DNA of 64,000 bases from an uncultured Candidatus Rokubacteria bacterium (GCA_963708025.1 CAVPSB010000018.1:416001-480000), one strand, 5' to 3'. Numbered from the stretch's first letter, positions 41,731-54,480 are shown. Translations and numbers: made by a program. The notes: generated by a model from the letters alone, not told the origin.

Positions 41731-42093
41731 TCGAGGCGGCGGCTCATCCCGTTCCTGTTCCCCTGCCTCCGTGGCCGCCAGCGCGTGGGCCAGTCGCGGC
41801 GCGACTTCCGGAAGGCCTGGGCGACGGCGTGCCAACAGGCGGGCGTACCGGGGCGGCTGCGCCACGACTTCCGGCGCATGGCCGTCCGCAACATGGTGAA
41901 CGACGGCACCCCGGAGAAGGTCGCCATGCTCATCACGGGGCACAAGACCCGGGCTGTCTTCGACCGCTACCACATCGTGGCGCCGGAGGACCTGAAGGCC
42001 GCGACGGCGCGGATGGCGGCCCGGGACGGGCACGTTTCCGGGCACGTTCGGGCGGCGGCGCTTGACAGGCGTCCCGCAAGCCGCGATGATTAA
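41731..42093 (+). pseudogene. C-terminal remnant of tyrosine integrase
   Basis: HDFRR, GHKT, DRY catalytic motifs; N-terminal two-thirds absent. Confidence 0.85.
42062..42090 (+). promoter_or_regulatory. Sigma70-type promoter for the tRNA
   Basis: TTGACA-N17-GATGAT ending 9 nt before the tRNA 5' end. Confidence 0.6.
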
Positions 42094-42099
42094 AAACAC

Positions 42100-42137
42100 G
42101 CCGGCGTAGCTCAGTTGGTAGAGCAGTCGATTCGTAA
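42100..42137 (+). tRNA. 5' half of tRNA-Thr(CGT), truncated after the anticodon loop (att site)
   Basis: GCCGGCG TA GCTC AGTTGGTA GAGC A GTCGA TTCGTAA; no 3' anticodon stem or T arm follows. Confidence 0.85.
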
Positions 42138-42296
42138 CCCATGAATCCTGCCGCGTAACTCTGCACCATTCCAGAGCCTAGCGCGACCACTTTGCCGGTT
42201 TCCGGTGGTCACTTTGCTTTCTACGGGCACCGAACGCCGGGCGGGGCGGCGGAACCTGTCAATAAGAACGAGACAGCGGGTTCTAGACTCATGAGA

Positions 42297-45200
42297 TTAG
42301 TGTAGGGAGACGACCCGGTTCAGGGTGACTTCCCATGGGGCGACTCCAGCGCCGCCTCCGCCTTCTCCAGCCAGAAGCTCATGCCCATCTCGCGGTACAT
42401 CGTGGTCGCGGTGGCCAGGTGCTCCTGCGGCCTTCGCCTGGTCGCCGGTGCGCCGGTAGAGCTTGCCGAGGCCGAGGTGGCAGTGGGCGACGAGCGGGCG
42501 CATCCCGAGCTCGGAGGCCAGGGCCATCGCGGCCCCGTAGTGCGCCTTCGGCCGTCTGCCACGTCCGGGTGGTCAGGATGCGAGGCGATCTCGCCCAGGA
42601 GGCGGAGGGCCCACGCCTCGTAGCCGCGCTCGCCGCGCTCGCGGGTGAGCCCCAGGCCGCGGTCGGCGCAGCGCGCGGGCGTCCTCGAGCTGGTCCGGCG
42701 AGGAGGTACGCCTCGCCGAGCTGCAGACGCTGAGCGAGTGGAAGTATCCGATCCCCGCCGATTCGTGCGCCGTCAGGGCCTGCTCGCAGCGAGCGAGACG
42801 CCCTCCCCGACGCGTCCCGACTGCCGCGTACACGTGACCCAGCGATGCCATGGCGTGGAGCAAAGACCGTGAGGTTCCAATCGCGGTACAGCGCGACCGC
42901 GCGTTCGAGCAGGGGGACGGCCTGGCCGAGCTGCCCCCTGACGCTGTGGAGATACGCGAGCCCCAGCAGCGCCTCGGTGAGGCTGACCGGGTGCTCGGGC
43001 GCTTCCGCGATCCGGAGGCTTCCCGTCCGTGAGCCTCGCCCTCGTCGAACGCCCCACGCTCGGCCAGGGCGCGCACCAGGAAGGCACGAGCCACGACGGC
43101 GGGAGACTGGAGGAGGCCGAACCGCTCACGGGCCGGGTCGCCCTGCAGCAACTCGATCAAGCTCCGGCAGGTGTCTTCGGTCCCGCGATAGTCGCCCGAC
43201 AGGTAGTGGCACGTGGACGACGGTAGTGGCGGGCGGCGACCTGGAGCGGCACATCGCCGAGCGCCTCGCCGATGGCCTCGGCTCGCTGGGCGAACGTGCG
43301 CGCGTCGGTCGTGCGCCCGGTGCCGATCACGTGATAGCCGGCCATGTAGGCCGACCCCCATCCCAGCCGACGCTGATCGTCGAGTGTCGTGGCCAGGGCC
43401 TCCGCTTCCCGGAGATACGCTTCGACCTGGCCGAACTCTGCAGGCGCGACCAGGGCGTTGCGAAGACCGAAGCGGATGTCGATGGCCTGCTCCTGCGTCT
43501 CGCGGGTCTCGGGGAGGTGGGTCAGCGCCGTCAGCGCCTGCTCGAAGTACGCGACCGCGTCGCGGTTGGCCGAGCGGGCGAACGCCTTGGCGCCGGCCTG
43601 GCGGAGGTAGCTGACGGCCTTGTTCCCACGCCTCGGCCCTGGAAGGCATGGTGGGCCAGCCGTTCGACGTGCTCGGCCAGCCGGTCGGGATAGAGCCGCT
43701 CGACCGCCTCCACGATCTGGCCGTGGAGACGCCGCCGCCGGTCCTGGAGCAGACTGCCGTAGGCGACGTCGTGGGTCAGGGCATGCTTGAAGGTGTACTC
43801 GAGGTCCGGGAAGATCCCGGCCTCGTACAGGAACTCGGCGGCCTGCAGGGTCGCGAGCCCGCGCCGCAGCGCGTCCTCGGGGACGTCCGCGATGGCCTGG
43901 AGGAGGGCGAAGGGCACGTCCTTCCCGATGACCGAGGCCGCCTGGAGCAGCCGCCGGGCCTCGGGCGGGAGCCGGTCGATTCGCGCGGCCAGGACGGCCT
44001 CGACCGTCGCCGGCACCTCGATCGTGTCGATCGGCCGGGCCAGGTGATGCGCCCCCCGCTCGCCCCCCAGGGCCCCGGTCTCCGACCAGCGTCTGGACGG
44101 TCTCCTCCAGGAAGAACGGATTCCCCTCGGTCCGCTCGATGAGGAGCGCCGTGAGGCGCTGGAGGCCGGCATCCTCGCCGAGGAGCGCCTGGAGGAGCTC
44201 GCGGGCGCTGTCGGGCGGCAACGGGTCGAGGCGCTGTTGCGTGTAGGACGTCTTGCTGCCCCAGCCGTGCTGGTACTCGGGGCGGTAGTCGACCAGGAGG
44301 CAGAGCCGGGCCGTCGGGAGGCTCTCGACGAGGCTGTCGAGGAGCGCCTGCGTCTCGGAATCGACCCAGTGCAGGTCCTCGACCACGAGCAGGACGGGCT
44401 GGACCCGCGCCTCGCGGAGCCAGAGCCGCTTGATCGCCTCCAGCGTCCGCTGGCGCCGCTGCTTCGGATCCAGCGCCTGCCAGGGACCGTCGTCCACCGG
44501 CACGTCGAGCAGGGCGAGGAGCGCGGGGAGGCTCGGCTCCAGTCCCCGGTCGAGCGCCAGGAGCCTGGCCATCACCTTCTCGCGAATCTGTGGCGGGTCG
44601 TCGCGGTCCTCGACGTGGAAGTAGGCCCTGAGGAGGTCGATCACGGGCAGGTACGGGGTCGCCTGGCCGTACGAGACCGCGGTGCCGTGCCCGATGAGCC
44701 AGCCATGGTCGCGATGCGCCCGCATGACCTCCCAGACCAGCCGCGACTTGCCGACGCCCGGCTCCCCGACGATGGCCACGACCTGGCCGTGGCCGGCGGC
44801 GGCCCGGGCCAGCGCGTGGCGCAGCTGCTCCAGCTCGGGACCCCGCCCGACCAGGGGGGTCATCGGGCCGCGCGGTGCCAGACCCGGGCGCTCGAGCCCT
44901 TCGAGCCGGTAGCTCGGCCCAGCCCGCGAGTCGACGGGGCCGACGGGCACGAGCTCGAACCGCCGCTCGAGGGCCGGCGCGGCGGCGGCGCTCACCAGGA
45001 TCGTGTCCGGCTCGGCGGCCGCCACCAGCCCCTCGAGCGCGGCATACGCCTGGCACTTGGCCTCGGCGTCGATCACGGCGGTCTCCCCCGCTTGGGCCCA
45101 CGAGGCCCGGGCTCGCGTGGATCGCGATTCGCGCGCCGACGCGGTCGGCGGTGGGGGATCGGGTGCGCTCGCTCGCCCGTCCGGATCGCCACGGCGGCGT

Positions 45201-46484
45201 GCGCCGCCCGCCGCGGGGCATCCTCGATCGGCTCGAGCCCGAAGACCCCGACCACCCCCAGCGGGCCGAGCTCCTCGACGCGCCCCCCGAAGCTCTCCAC
45301 CTTCTCGACGAGAACCTCGAGGGCCCGGGCGACGAGGGGCATCACCTCGCGATCCGGCGGAGGCACCAGGACGGCGCGCAGGAACGCGAGCCGGCGCCGT
45401 TCCCAGGCCCGGGTCTCCCGCGCGGACTCGCCGGAGGTGGCGGCGCCGCGGCGGGATCCCGCGGCGACGAGCCCGCCGGCGGCGCCCGCCCGGGCGGGCC
45501 CCGGCGCGCTCCGCCGGAGGCCGAGCTTCTCGATCCGGTACCGGAGGGTGCCCCGCGGGATCTGCAGCCGGGCGGCGGCCCGCGCGATGTTCCAGTCGGT
45601 CTCGTCGAGGGCCTCGACGAGATGCTCCCGCTCGACGGCGCCCATCGCGTCCCTCGAAGGGCCGCGGCCGCGCGCGCGGCTCCGGCGCGGTCCCCGCCGG
45701 CCCCGGCGTCGCGGGGAGTCCCAGGGCCTCCACGGTCACGAGCGGCGTCTCGGTGAGCAGGGCCGCCCGCTCCATGACGTTCGCCAGCTCCCGGATGTTG
45801 CCCGGCCAAGGATACGCGAGGAGCGCCGCCCGCGCGTCGGGGGTGAGCGTCTTGGGAGCCAGACCGTAGTCGGCGCACGCCCGCCCGAGGAAGTGCTGGG
45901 CCAGGAGGAGGATGTCCGACCCTCGCTCGGCGAGCGAGGGGAGCCGCACGGTGACGACGGCGAGCCGGTGATAGAGGTCCTCGCCGGAATCGGCGTCCCC
46001 GCACCGCCTCCAGGAGGTCCTCGCTCGTCGCCGCGGCGATCGCGACGTCGGCCGGCTCGCTCTGCGTGCTGCCGAGCCGCCGCACCGCCCCGTCCTCGAG
46101 GACCTTCAGGAACTTCGCCTGGACGCGCTCCGGCAGCAGGCCGACCTCGTCGAGGAAGAGGATGCCGCCGTGGGCGGTCTGGAAGAGACCCGGCTTGGGC
46201 TGGCGCGCGTCGGTGAAGGCCCCCCGCTCGAAGCCGAACAGCTCGGCCTCGAGCAGGGTCTCCGGGATCGCGGCGCAGTTCACCTCCACGAGCGGCCCCG
46301 CCGCCCGGGGACCGGCCCGGTGAAGGGCTCGGACCAGGAGGCCCTTGCCCGTCCCCGTCTCGCCCAGGATCAGCAGGGCCGGCAGCCGGCGCCCCTCGGC
46401 CCCGTGCGCGAGCAGCCGCCGGACCGTCTCCCGGACGGCCTGGATCTCCGGGCACTCCCCGAGCAGCTCGCTCAGCGGGGTCAT
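42297..46484 (-). CDS. Sigma54 activator AAA+/HTH fused to degenerate cyclase-like, STAND-type AAA ATPase and TPR domains; frameshifted
   Basis: GETGTGKG, ELFGFERGAFTDA, WPGNIREL, NIARAAARL...LRYRIEKLG; GEPGVGKS, VEDLHWVD, EGNPFFLEE, FKHALT; TPR tail. Confidence 0.82.
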
Positions 46485-46588
46485 GCGTCGGCGCTATTCT
46501 ACGCTCGGGCCGGATCTCCGCACGCGCTCGGAGGCGCCCGCCCCCGCCCCGTCCGGGCGCGTCCACGGTCGCGCGGCCGGAGCGTCCG

Positions 46589-47000
46589 TCACGGGCGGCC
46601 CGTCCGGCTACGACGGTCGCGCTCGGAGGACGCGCGGGTTTCCCCGGCCGGTCCCCGAGGTGCGCCGGGTGCCGGCGCGCCCTCGACCGCGAGGCGGACC
46701 ACCGGCGGCAGGGTCTGACGGAGCCGCTCGATGACCTGCCGGGCCACCCCGCCCTCGAGCCGGCCCACGTCCACCCGGACCACCCCGCCCCCCGCCAGCA
46801 GGGGACAGCGCGCCTCGATGGCGATCGTCGCCCCGCACCGCCTCGCCCGTGAGCTGCCGCGCCGCCAGCGCGAGGAGCCGCGCCCGCCGGCGGTCCCGGC
46901 GGTTCAGGAGCGCGATCAGCCCGATCAGCACGGCCAGCGGGCCACCGCCCAGCGCCAGGCTGAGCGCGAAGCTCCCGATCTCCCGGATCACCGCGTCCAT
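46589..47000 (-). CDS. Hypothetical membrane protein, frameshifted ~46830
   Basis: GGAGG RBS, N-terminal TM. Confidence 0.5.
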
Positions 47001-47260
47001 GACGGCACCTCCATCTGGTCAGGCGTCGCGCTTCGGCGACGCGACCGCGTAACTGCCGAGGATCCCGGCGAGGAGCTGGCGGCCGATCCGGACCAGGGCC
47101 CGATGCCCCCAGGGCGGCCTCGCCCCGCTCCACGCGGTCGGGGAGACTCGCAGCGGATGGCTCGCCGGGCCGCCGCCACGACGCGGGCCTCGGCCAGGAG
47201 CTCTTCGGGTCGCATCTGGTGCGCTTCGACCCAGGGATCCCCGACGCGGAGCTGGCGCAT
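46988..47260 (-). CDS. Small hypothetical protein
   Basis: GGGAGG RBS, directly downstream of a sigma54 promoter. Confidence 0.45.
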   Translation of the reverse strand: MRQLRVGDPWVEAHQMRPEELLAEARVVAAARRAIRCESPRPRGAGRGRPGGIGPWSGSAASSSPGSSAVTRSRRRSATPDQMEVPSWTR

Positions 47261-47311
47261 GATCGACCTCCCTGCTCGGTCACGAGATCTCGATCCACGC
47301 CAGGATGCAGG

Positions 47312-47326
47312 GCAACGGCGATGCCA
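47312..47326 (-). promoter_or_regulatory. Sigma54 -24/-12 promoter
   Basis: TGGCATCGCCGTTGC with exact GG-N10-GC spacing. Confidence 0.7.
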
Positions 47327-47862
47327 ACGAACGATGGCGTGGAGATTCAGGGACTTGGCGACTCGCTCATCGGCGGGGAGACGGGTTGGCCACTGGCGAA
47401 GGCGGAAATCCGCCACTGGCGAAGGTGATGACCGGGCCTCGCTCGCCGGCGGGGGACGACATGATGCCGCGGCTGGGGCATTGGGCGGCGAGGACCTGGC
47501 GCGCCGCGAGCTGGTCCTCGACCGCGGCGCTTACGCGCAGCCGCCCCCCCGGCAACCCGGTCCGATTGCCGACAAGGGGTGGGGGGAGCCTCAGCCGTGG
47601 TCAGGAGCGAGCTTCGGGGGATCGGAGGCGGGCCCGCTCCTCAGGCGCTGGACGATCTCTGCTCGTACCGTGGTTTCCGGGTCGCGATCCGGTGACACGG
47701 CGACGAGTTGCTCTGGGAGCGGGTCGTCACCGCATGGGCACGCGGCGTCTGTCACCGGATGCCGACGAGGCGACAAACCGCATCAGGACTGTGTTGTCAC
47801 CGCGTCACCGGATCCGATCGCGTGGAACGACCCTCTGCCCCGCGTCTAGCAGGATCGCGAGA

Positions 47863-50800
47863 TTAGGGGTACGGGCGCGACCTCAAGGTGAGTCCCCACG
47901 CGGCCGCCCAATGGCCGCCTCCGCCTGCTCCAGCCAGAAGCGTCATGCCCATCTCGCGGTACATCGTTGTCGCGGTGGTCAGGTGGTCGCTGCGCCTCTC
48001 GCGCTGGCCGGTCCGCCGGTAGAGCTTGCCGAGCCCGAGGTGGCAGTGGGCGACCAGGGGGCGCATCCCGAGCTCCTCGATCCTAGCGAGGGCTTGGCGA
48101 TAGTGCGCGTCGGCGGACTCCACGTCAGGAGGGTCGGCCCGGGCGGCGATCTCGGCCAAGAGGCGGAGGGCCCACGCCTCGTTGCCGCGCTCCTTCTGCC
48201 GGTGGGCGAGGTCGAGGGCGCGCCGGGCGACCGCGAGCGCGTCGTCCCGGCGGCCGGCCAGGAGGTGCGCCTCCCCGAGGTAGGCGAGGAACAGCGGATG
48301 GTTGGCGATGCCCGTCACCGCGGGGTCGGCGAGCGCCTCCTCGATGAGGGCCGCGCCCTCGGGGAGGCGCCCCGACAGCGCGTACGCGTACCCGAGATGC
48401 GCGGCCGAGACGTCGAAGAGGGCCCGCACCGGGATGACCCGGCAGAGCTCGACGGCGCGCTCGAGCGGCGGGATGGCCTGCATGAGGTCGCCGCGGCGGA
48501 GAGAGACGAGCCCGAGGCTCCGGTAGGCGACGACGAGGCTGCGAGGATGATCGATCTCGCGGGCGATCCGGCCGGCCTCGTCGGCGCGCGCCATCGCCTC
48601 GGCGAACTCGCCCAGCTCCGCGAGGCACCAGGCGAGCCCGTCCCGCATGAAAACGGATGTCGCAATGTTGGTTTCCAACCGTTCGTACCGCCGATCGCCC
48701 TGAAGCGCCTCGACGGCCCGGCTGAGGCACTCGGCAGCCTGTCGATAGTCGCCAATGGTCTGCCAGACGATCGCCCAGGCGCTGGGTCGCCCACGTCTGG
48801 AGAGAGACGTCATCGCGGCCGGTGGCGAGGACGAAGGCCCGCTGGGCCAGCTCGAGGGCGCGGTCCGGGTCACCTCCATCCAGGTCAGGACCGCGAGCCG
48901 GGCCAGGGCCCGCCCCAGCCGGCCTCCGTCGCCCAGCGTCTCGGCGAGGCGCTCGGCCTCGCGGGCATGCTCGGTGACCTTCGCCCGCCTGCCCATTGCC
49001 CCAGGGCGACGCTGGCGTCGAGGTGGAGGTCGATGGCCTGCTCCGTCCGCGCGCGACTCTCCGGAAGGTGCTGGAGCGCGTCGAGCGCCTGGTCGAAGCC
49101 GGCCGCCGCCTCCCGGTAGGCCGAGCGCTCCATCGCCTTCGCCCCGGCCTGACGGAGATAGGGGACGGCCTTCTCCCACACTTCGCCCCGAAGCGCGTGG
49201 TGAGCCAGGCGCTCGACGTGCTCCGCGAGCCGCTCGGGGTAGCATCGCTCGATGGCCTCGACCGCCCGGGCGTGGAGTCGCGCGCCGGCGGTCCTGCAGG
49301 AGGCTTCCGTAGGCCACCTCGTGGGTGAGCGCGTGCTTGAAGGTGTACTCGACGTCGGGGAACAGGCTCGTCTCGTAGAGGAACTCGGCCGCCTGGAGCC
49401 GGGCCAGGCCATCGGCCAGCGCGTCCGCGGGTCGCTTCGGCGACGCCCGCGAGCACGGCCATCGGGACGTCGGTGCCGACGACCGAGGCGGTCTGGAGCA
49501 GCGCCTTGTCCTCCGGCGGCAGCCGGTCGATGCGCGCCGCCAGGATGGCCTGCACCGTCGCCGGCACGTGGACGGTCTCCCGAGCCTTCACGAGCCGATA
49601 CCCACCGCGCTCGCCTGCGAGCACCCCGTCGTCCACGAGGCTCCGCACGCTCTCCTCGAGGAAGAAGCGGGTTGCCCTCGGTCCGCGCGAGGAGCAGCCG
49701 TTTCAAGGGCTCGAGGCCGGCGTCGCTCCCGAGCAGAGTCTCCAGCAGCACCGCCGCATTCTCCGGCGCGAGCGGGTCCAGCCGGAGCTGACGGTAGTAG
49801 GTCTTCCCGCCCCAGTCGTGCCGGTACTCCGGGCGGTAGTTGACGAGGAGCAGCACCCGGGCCGTCGGCAGACTCTGCGCCTCGGAGAATGGGCGCACCT
49901 CCGAACGCCAGATCACCACAGCGCCGATCGGGATTCCCTCGCGCAGCATCGGCACAGCCAGCACCGTTCGCAGGTGGAGAATCGACTGCGCCGGATTGCG
50001 GTATTGCGGATCCTGCGTGACGTCGGGGATGTGGATGACCTGACCCTCCATCACCGCCCGGCCCACTGCGGACTCCCGCCCCGGCTCTATCACCGCCACT
50101 ACGGACTCCCGCCCCGGCCGTTGCGGAAAGGCCTTCCGGATAGCCTCAACATCCGCCGGTGTGAATCCGAAGGTCGCTTCAAGCGAGAGCAGCTCCCCAT
50201 CGAAGCGCAACAGGTTGCTGCGCGTGGCCCCGCACAGACGAGCCGCGCTCTGGACGATCGTGTCGAAGACTGGCTGGACGTCGGTGGGGGAACTCGAGAT
50301 GACGCGCAGGATCTCACTCGTCGCCGTCTGCTGCTCGAGCGCCTCTGTCAGATCGCGGTTCTTCACTTCGAGTTCCTTGAACAGACGGACGTTCTCGATG
50401 GCGATCACGGCCTGATCCGCGAACGTTTGGAGAAGTGCGATCTGCTTGTCCGCGAAGGGCCGGACCTCGTGGCGTCGAATGGTGATCACGCCGATCGCCA
50501 CCCCCTCGCGGAGCAGCGGCACTGCCAGCATTGTGCGGACGCCTCTTTCCAAAGCGAACTGGGGCATGCCTGGAAAGTCATCTCGAGCGGCGACCACGAT
50601 GTCGTGGATGTGGATGGGTACAGCGTCAAGCACGGCACGACCGCTCGGCACATCGCGTCGAATCCGAACATTGTCATCCCACGCCGGCCCGTGGACAGCC
50701 ATAGTCTGAAGGAACTCTCCGTGAACACGCCGCACGGCAGCATCGGTCGCGCCGCACAGCCGGGCGGCGCTTTCAGCTATCGTGTCGAAGACCGGTTGGA

Positions 50801-53156
50801 GATCGGTCGGCGAGCTCGCGATCACTCGCAGAATCTCGCCCGTGGCGGTCTGCTGGTCGAGCGCCTCTTTCGTCTCGTTGAATAGCCGGACGTTCTCGAT
50901 CGCGATCACGGCCTGGTCGGCAAACGTCTTGAGCAGCCGTATCTGATCATCCGAGAATGGACCCACCCGCGCGCGCGACACTGCGATTGCTCCGATGGGG
51001 CGCCCCTCTCGCAGTAAGGGTACCGCCACGAGGCTTTGGCCCCCGGTACGGGATACGTATTCCTGGTCGTAGTCCGGATCCTGCCGCGTGTCGGGGATAT
51101 GGACAATCGCGCGGTCCACGATCGCTCGGGGCAGCGCGAAGGCTCGGGAGAGTCGCATAGGGTACCGCGGCGCAAGGACCTTCAGCCGGTCAGGAGCGAT
51201 GTCGTAGGCGGCGACAAGGTGAGCCAGCTCCCCGTCCAAACGGATGACAGCACCCGCGTCTCCCTCGCACAGCTGGACCGCACTCCGTGCGATGGTGTCG
51301 AACACGGGTTGGACATCGGTCGGGGAGCTACTGATTACTCGAAGGATCTCCGCCGTCGCCGTCTGCTGCTCGAGCGACTCGGTCAGCTCAGCGTTCCGCG
51401 CCTGCAGCTCGTGGAACAGCCGGACGTTCTCGATGGCGATGACCGCTTGGTTGGCAAAGGTCTCTAGGAGTTCGATCTGCCTCGCCGAGAAGGGCCGAGC
51501 GTCCGCCCGGCGGATCAGGATGGCGCCCAGAGGCACGCCCTCGCGGAGGAGCGGCGTGGCCAGAAGCGTCCGGATCCTTATCGACGTGCCCTCGGATGCG
51601 AGTGCCCGCGTTTCCGGGAACTCCGTCTCGGGCAACGCCAGGAGGTCTTCGACGTGAATCGTCCGTCGCTCTAGCACGGCCCGGCCCGTCACATGCCCAC
51701 GCCTGGCAGGGACTATGTCCCCGATACTCAGAGGCCTCGGCAGCACTCCGTGCTGAGCGACGAATCGCAAGACTTCCCCATCGAAACGAAAGATGGCCGA
51801 ATCGATGGCACCGCAGACCCGCGCGGCGTTCTCGGCTACCGTGTCCATGACCGGCTGGAGATCGGTCGGCGAGCTCGCGATCACCCGCAGGATTTCGCCC
51901 GTCGCGGTCTGCTGATCCAGCGCCTCGGTCACCTGCGCGTGTGCTTGTGTGAGGGCACGGTTCTTCTCTTGGAGTTCCGTGAACAGCCTCACGTTCTCGA
52001 TCGCAATCACCGCCTGGTTCGCGAACGTCTCGAGCAGCGCGATTTGCTCGTCGGAGAATGGCGTCGGCTCGGCCCGCGACACGCTCACCGCCCCGATAGC
52101 ACGGCCCTCCTGGAGCATCGGCGCCACCAGGATGCTCCGATACCCGAGGGCTCGCCCTCGAGCGCGGGACCACTCGGACATCGTCGGATCGGTCTCGACG
52201 TCGAGAACGTGGACGATTCGGCCGCCCTCCGAGATTGCTCGGTCGATCAGGCTTTCCAGGGTGCCCAGGCGTCGGGGATACGCACGGTGAAGCCGCTCGA
52301 GGGCGTCCGGCGTCGTGTGGTTGGTCGCCACCAGATGGAGCATCTCACCGTCATAACGCGCGACGGTACTGTAGAGACCCGAGCAGAGGCGCACGGCGCT
52401 GGCCGCGATCGCGTCGAAGACGGGCTGGAGGTCGGTCGGCGAGCTCGCGATCACCCGCAGGATCTCGGCCGTGGCGATCTGTTGCTCGAGCGCCTCTTTC
52501 GTCTCGTTGAACAGGCGGACGTTCTCGATGGCGATGACCGCCTGGTTGGCGAAGGTCTCGACTAGCTCGATCTGCTTGTCGGTGAAGGGCTGCGGCACGG
52601 TTTTCGCGACGAAGATCACGCCGACGACTCTACCCTCGCGCAAGAGCGGGGCGCCGAGCGCGGCCCGCCAGTCGCCAATGTCCTGAGCGCCACTCCAGGC
52701 ATAGTCCGTCTCGGCCAGCACATCGGCCACCTGAACAACTCTGGCCTCCAGCGCGGCTCGCCCGGTGATGCTGCCATGATTCACCGGGACCGGGCGGCTC
52801 TTGAAATAGTCCCTGATTCGTGCGTGCACCTCGGTCGCAAGACCGAAACTGGCGGCGTAGCGGAAGATTTCGCCCTCGCGCTGGAACAGCAAGGCATGAT
52901 CGGCATCGCAAAGCCGGACGGCCGACTCGCAGAGTGCGTCGAGCACGGTCTGCAGGTCGAACGCCGAGCGGCTGATGACCTTTAGCACATCGGCGGTGGC
53001 GGTCTGCTGCTGCAGCGCCTCGGTCAGGGCGTGCTGAAGGTCTTCATATGACTGTCCTCGGGGGCCGGTCTCGCGCGTAGGCGTAAAAGGCGTACCACAT
53101 TCAAGACAGAACTTGGCGTGCGAGGGGTTGTCCTGATGGCACCGGACACACTTCAT
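47863..53156 (-). CDS. Zinc ribbon + six GAF domains fused to C-terminal half of an AAA-TPR protein; frameshifted in distal part
   Basis: CxxC..CxxC, repeated QQTAT.EIL...FADQAVIAIENVRLF units, abrupt switch to SLPTARVLLLVNYRPEY. Confidence 0.8.
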
Positions 53157-53270
53157 ACCGCGGCCTCCAACTGGGGCAGCCGGACCGGTCTCCGACGCAG
53201 AACGAATGGGGGGAGCTTAGCCGGTGGTTCCCCCGGGGTCAAGGATCGCCGATTCGGCGCGGAACCGTAG

Positions 53271-53333
53271 TCTAACCCGCACGTGCGCCGGCGGAGCGAG
53301 CAACGCGAGCCCGCCGCCCGCTGAAGCGTGATG
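53271..53333 (-). other. attC-like site interrupted by IS (remainder at 55173-55180)
   Basis: Rejoined minus strand: GCCCAAC ATCAC GCTTCAGCGGGCGGCGGGCTCGCGTTGCTCGCTCCGCCGGC...GTTAGAC. Confidence 0.6.
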
Positions 53334-53423
53334 ATTCTCATTCAGGCCTCCTCCCTGCCACCGGCAGGGTAAGGTGATTGCGGCCAAACAACACCCGCCC
53401 CACCGGGGCAAGGAGGAGACCGG

Positions 53424-54480
53424 ATGAGATTCTACACAACGCAGCACCGATACTACTGCGGCATCGATCTGCACGCCCGACACGATGTACGTCTGCGTCC
53501 TCGACGCCGAGGGCAAGGTGCGCGTCCACCGCAACGGCCCGGCCAGCCCGGAGCACTTCCTGGCCACGATCGCGCCGTACCGCGAGGATCGTCGTCGTGG
53601 CCGTCGAGTGCATCTTCACCTGGTACTGGCTCGCCGATCTCTGCGCCCAGGAGGGCATCCCCTTCGTCCTCGGCCACGCCCTCTACATGAAGGCCATCCA
53701 CGGCGGCAAGGCCAAGAACGACAAGATCGACTGCCCACAAGATCGCCGTGCTGCTCCGCGGCGGCATGATCCCCATGGCCTACGTCTACCCGCGCGAGAT
53801 GCGGGCCACCCGCGATCTGCTGCGCCGGCGCTGCCACCTCATGCGCAAGCGCGCCGAGCTCCTCGCCCACATCCAGAACACCACCAGCCAGTACAACCTG
53901 CCCGCGCTTCGGCAAGAAGATCGCCTACAAGGCCAACCGCGACCGGCGTGGCCGAGCACTTCCCCGATCCCGAGGTCCGCAAGAGCATCGAGACGAACCT
54001 CGCCCTGCTCGATCACTACGATCGGCTGCTCACCGACCTCGAGCTGCACCTCACCCGCACCGCCAAGGTGCCACGACCCCAACGCCTTCTACCGCCTGCG
54101 CTCGGTGCCCGGGATCGGCAAGATCCTGGCCCTGGTGATCCTCTACGAGATCCACGACATCGACCGCTTCCCCCGCGTCCAGGACTTCGTCTCCTACTGC
54201 CGCCTGGTCAAGTGCGCCAAGGAGTCCGCCGGCAAGCACTACGGGTACTCGGGCAAGAAGATCGGCAACGCCCATCTCAAGTGGGCCTTCTCCGAGGCCG
54301 CCGTCCTCTTCTTGCGCAAGAACCCCGCGGGCCAGCACTACGTCGCGACGCCTCGCGCCAGCAAGCACGGCAAGGCCAAGGCGCTCACCATCCTGGCCCA
54401 CAAGCTGGGCGCGGGCCGTCTACTACATGCTCCACGCGCCAGCAGGCCTTCGATCCGAAGACGTTCTTTGGCCTGAGCGG
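53424..54480 (+). CDS. IS110 family recombinase/transposase, frameshifted, C-terminus uncertain
   Basis: GIDLHAR, VAVEC, KNDKID (DEDD); SVPGIG, ESAGK, GNAHLKWAFSEAA. Confidence 0.9.

Noticed and set aside
50062-50120. Local duplication PGRES in GAF6
   Set aside because: Small in-frame tandem duplication with no evidence of a system
33758-54480. Programmed frameshifting or mass pseudogenisation in DUF4139, MATE, AAA-TPR and transposase genes
   Set aside because: Dense single-base indels without substitution decay fit low-coverage long-read errors; cannot be resolved without reads
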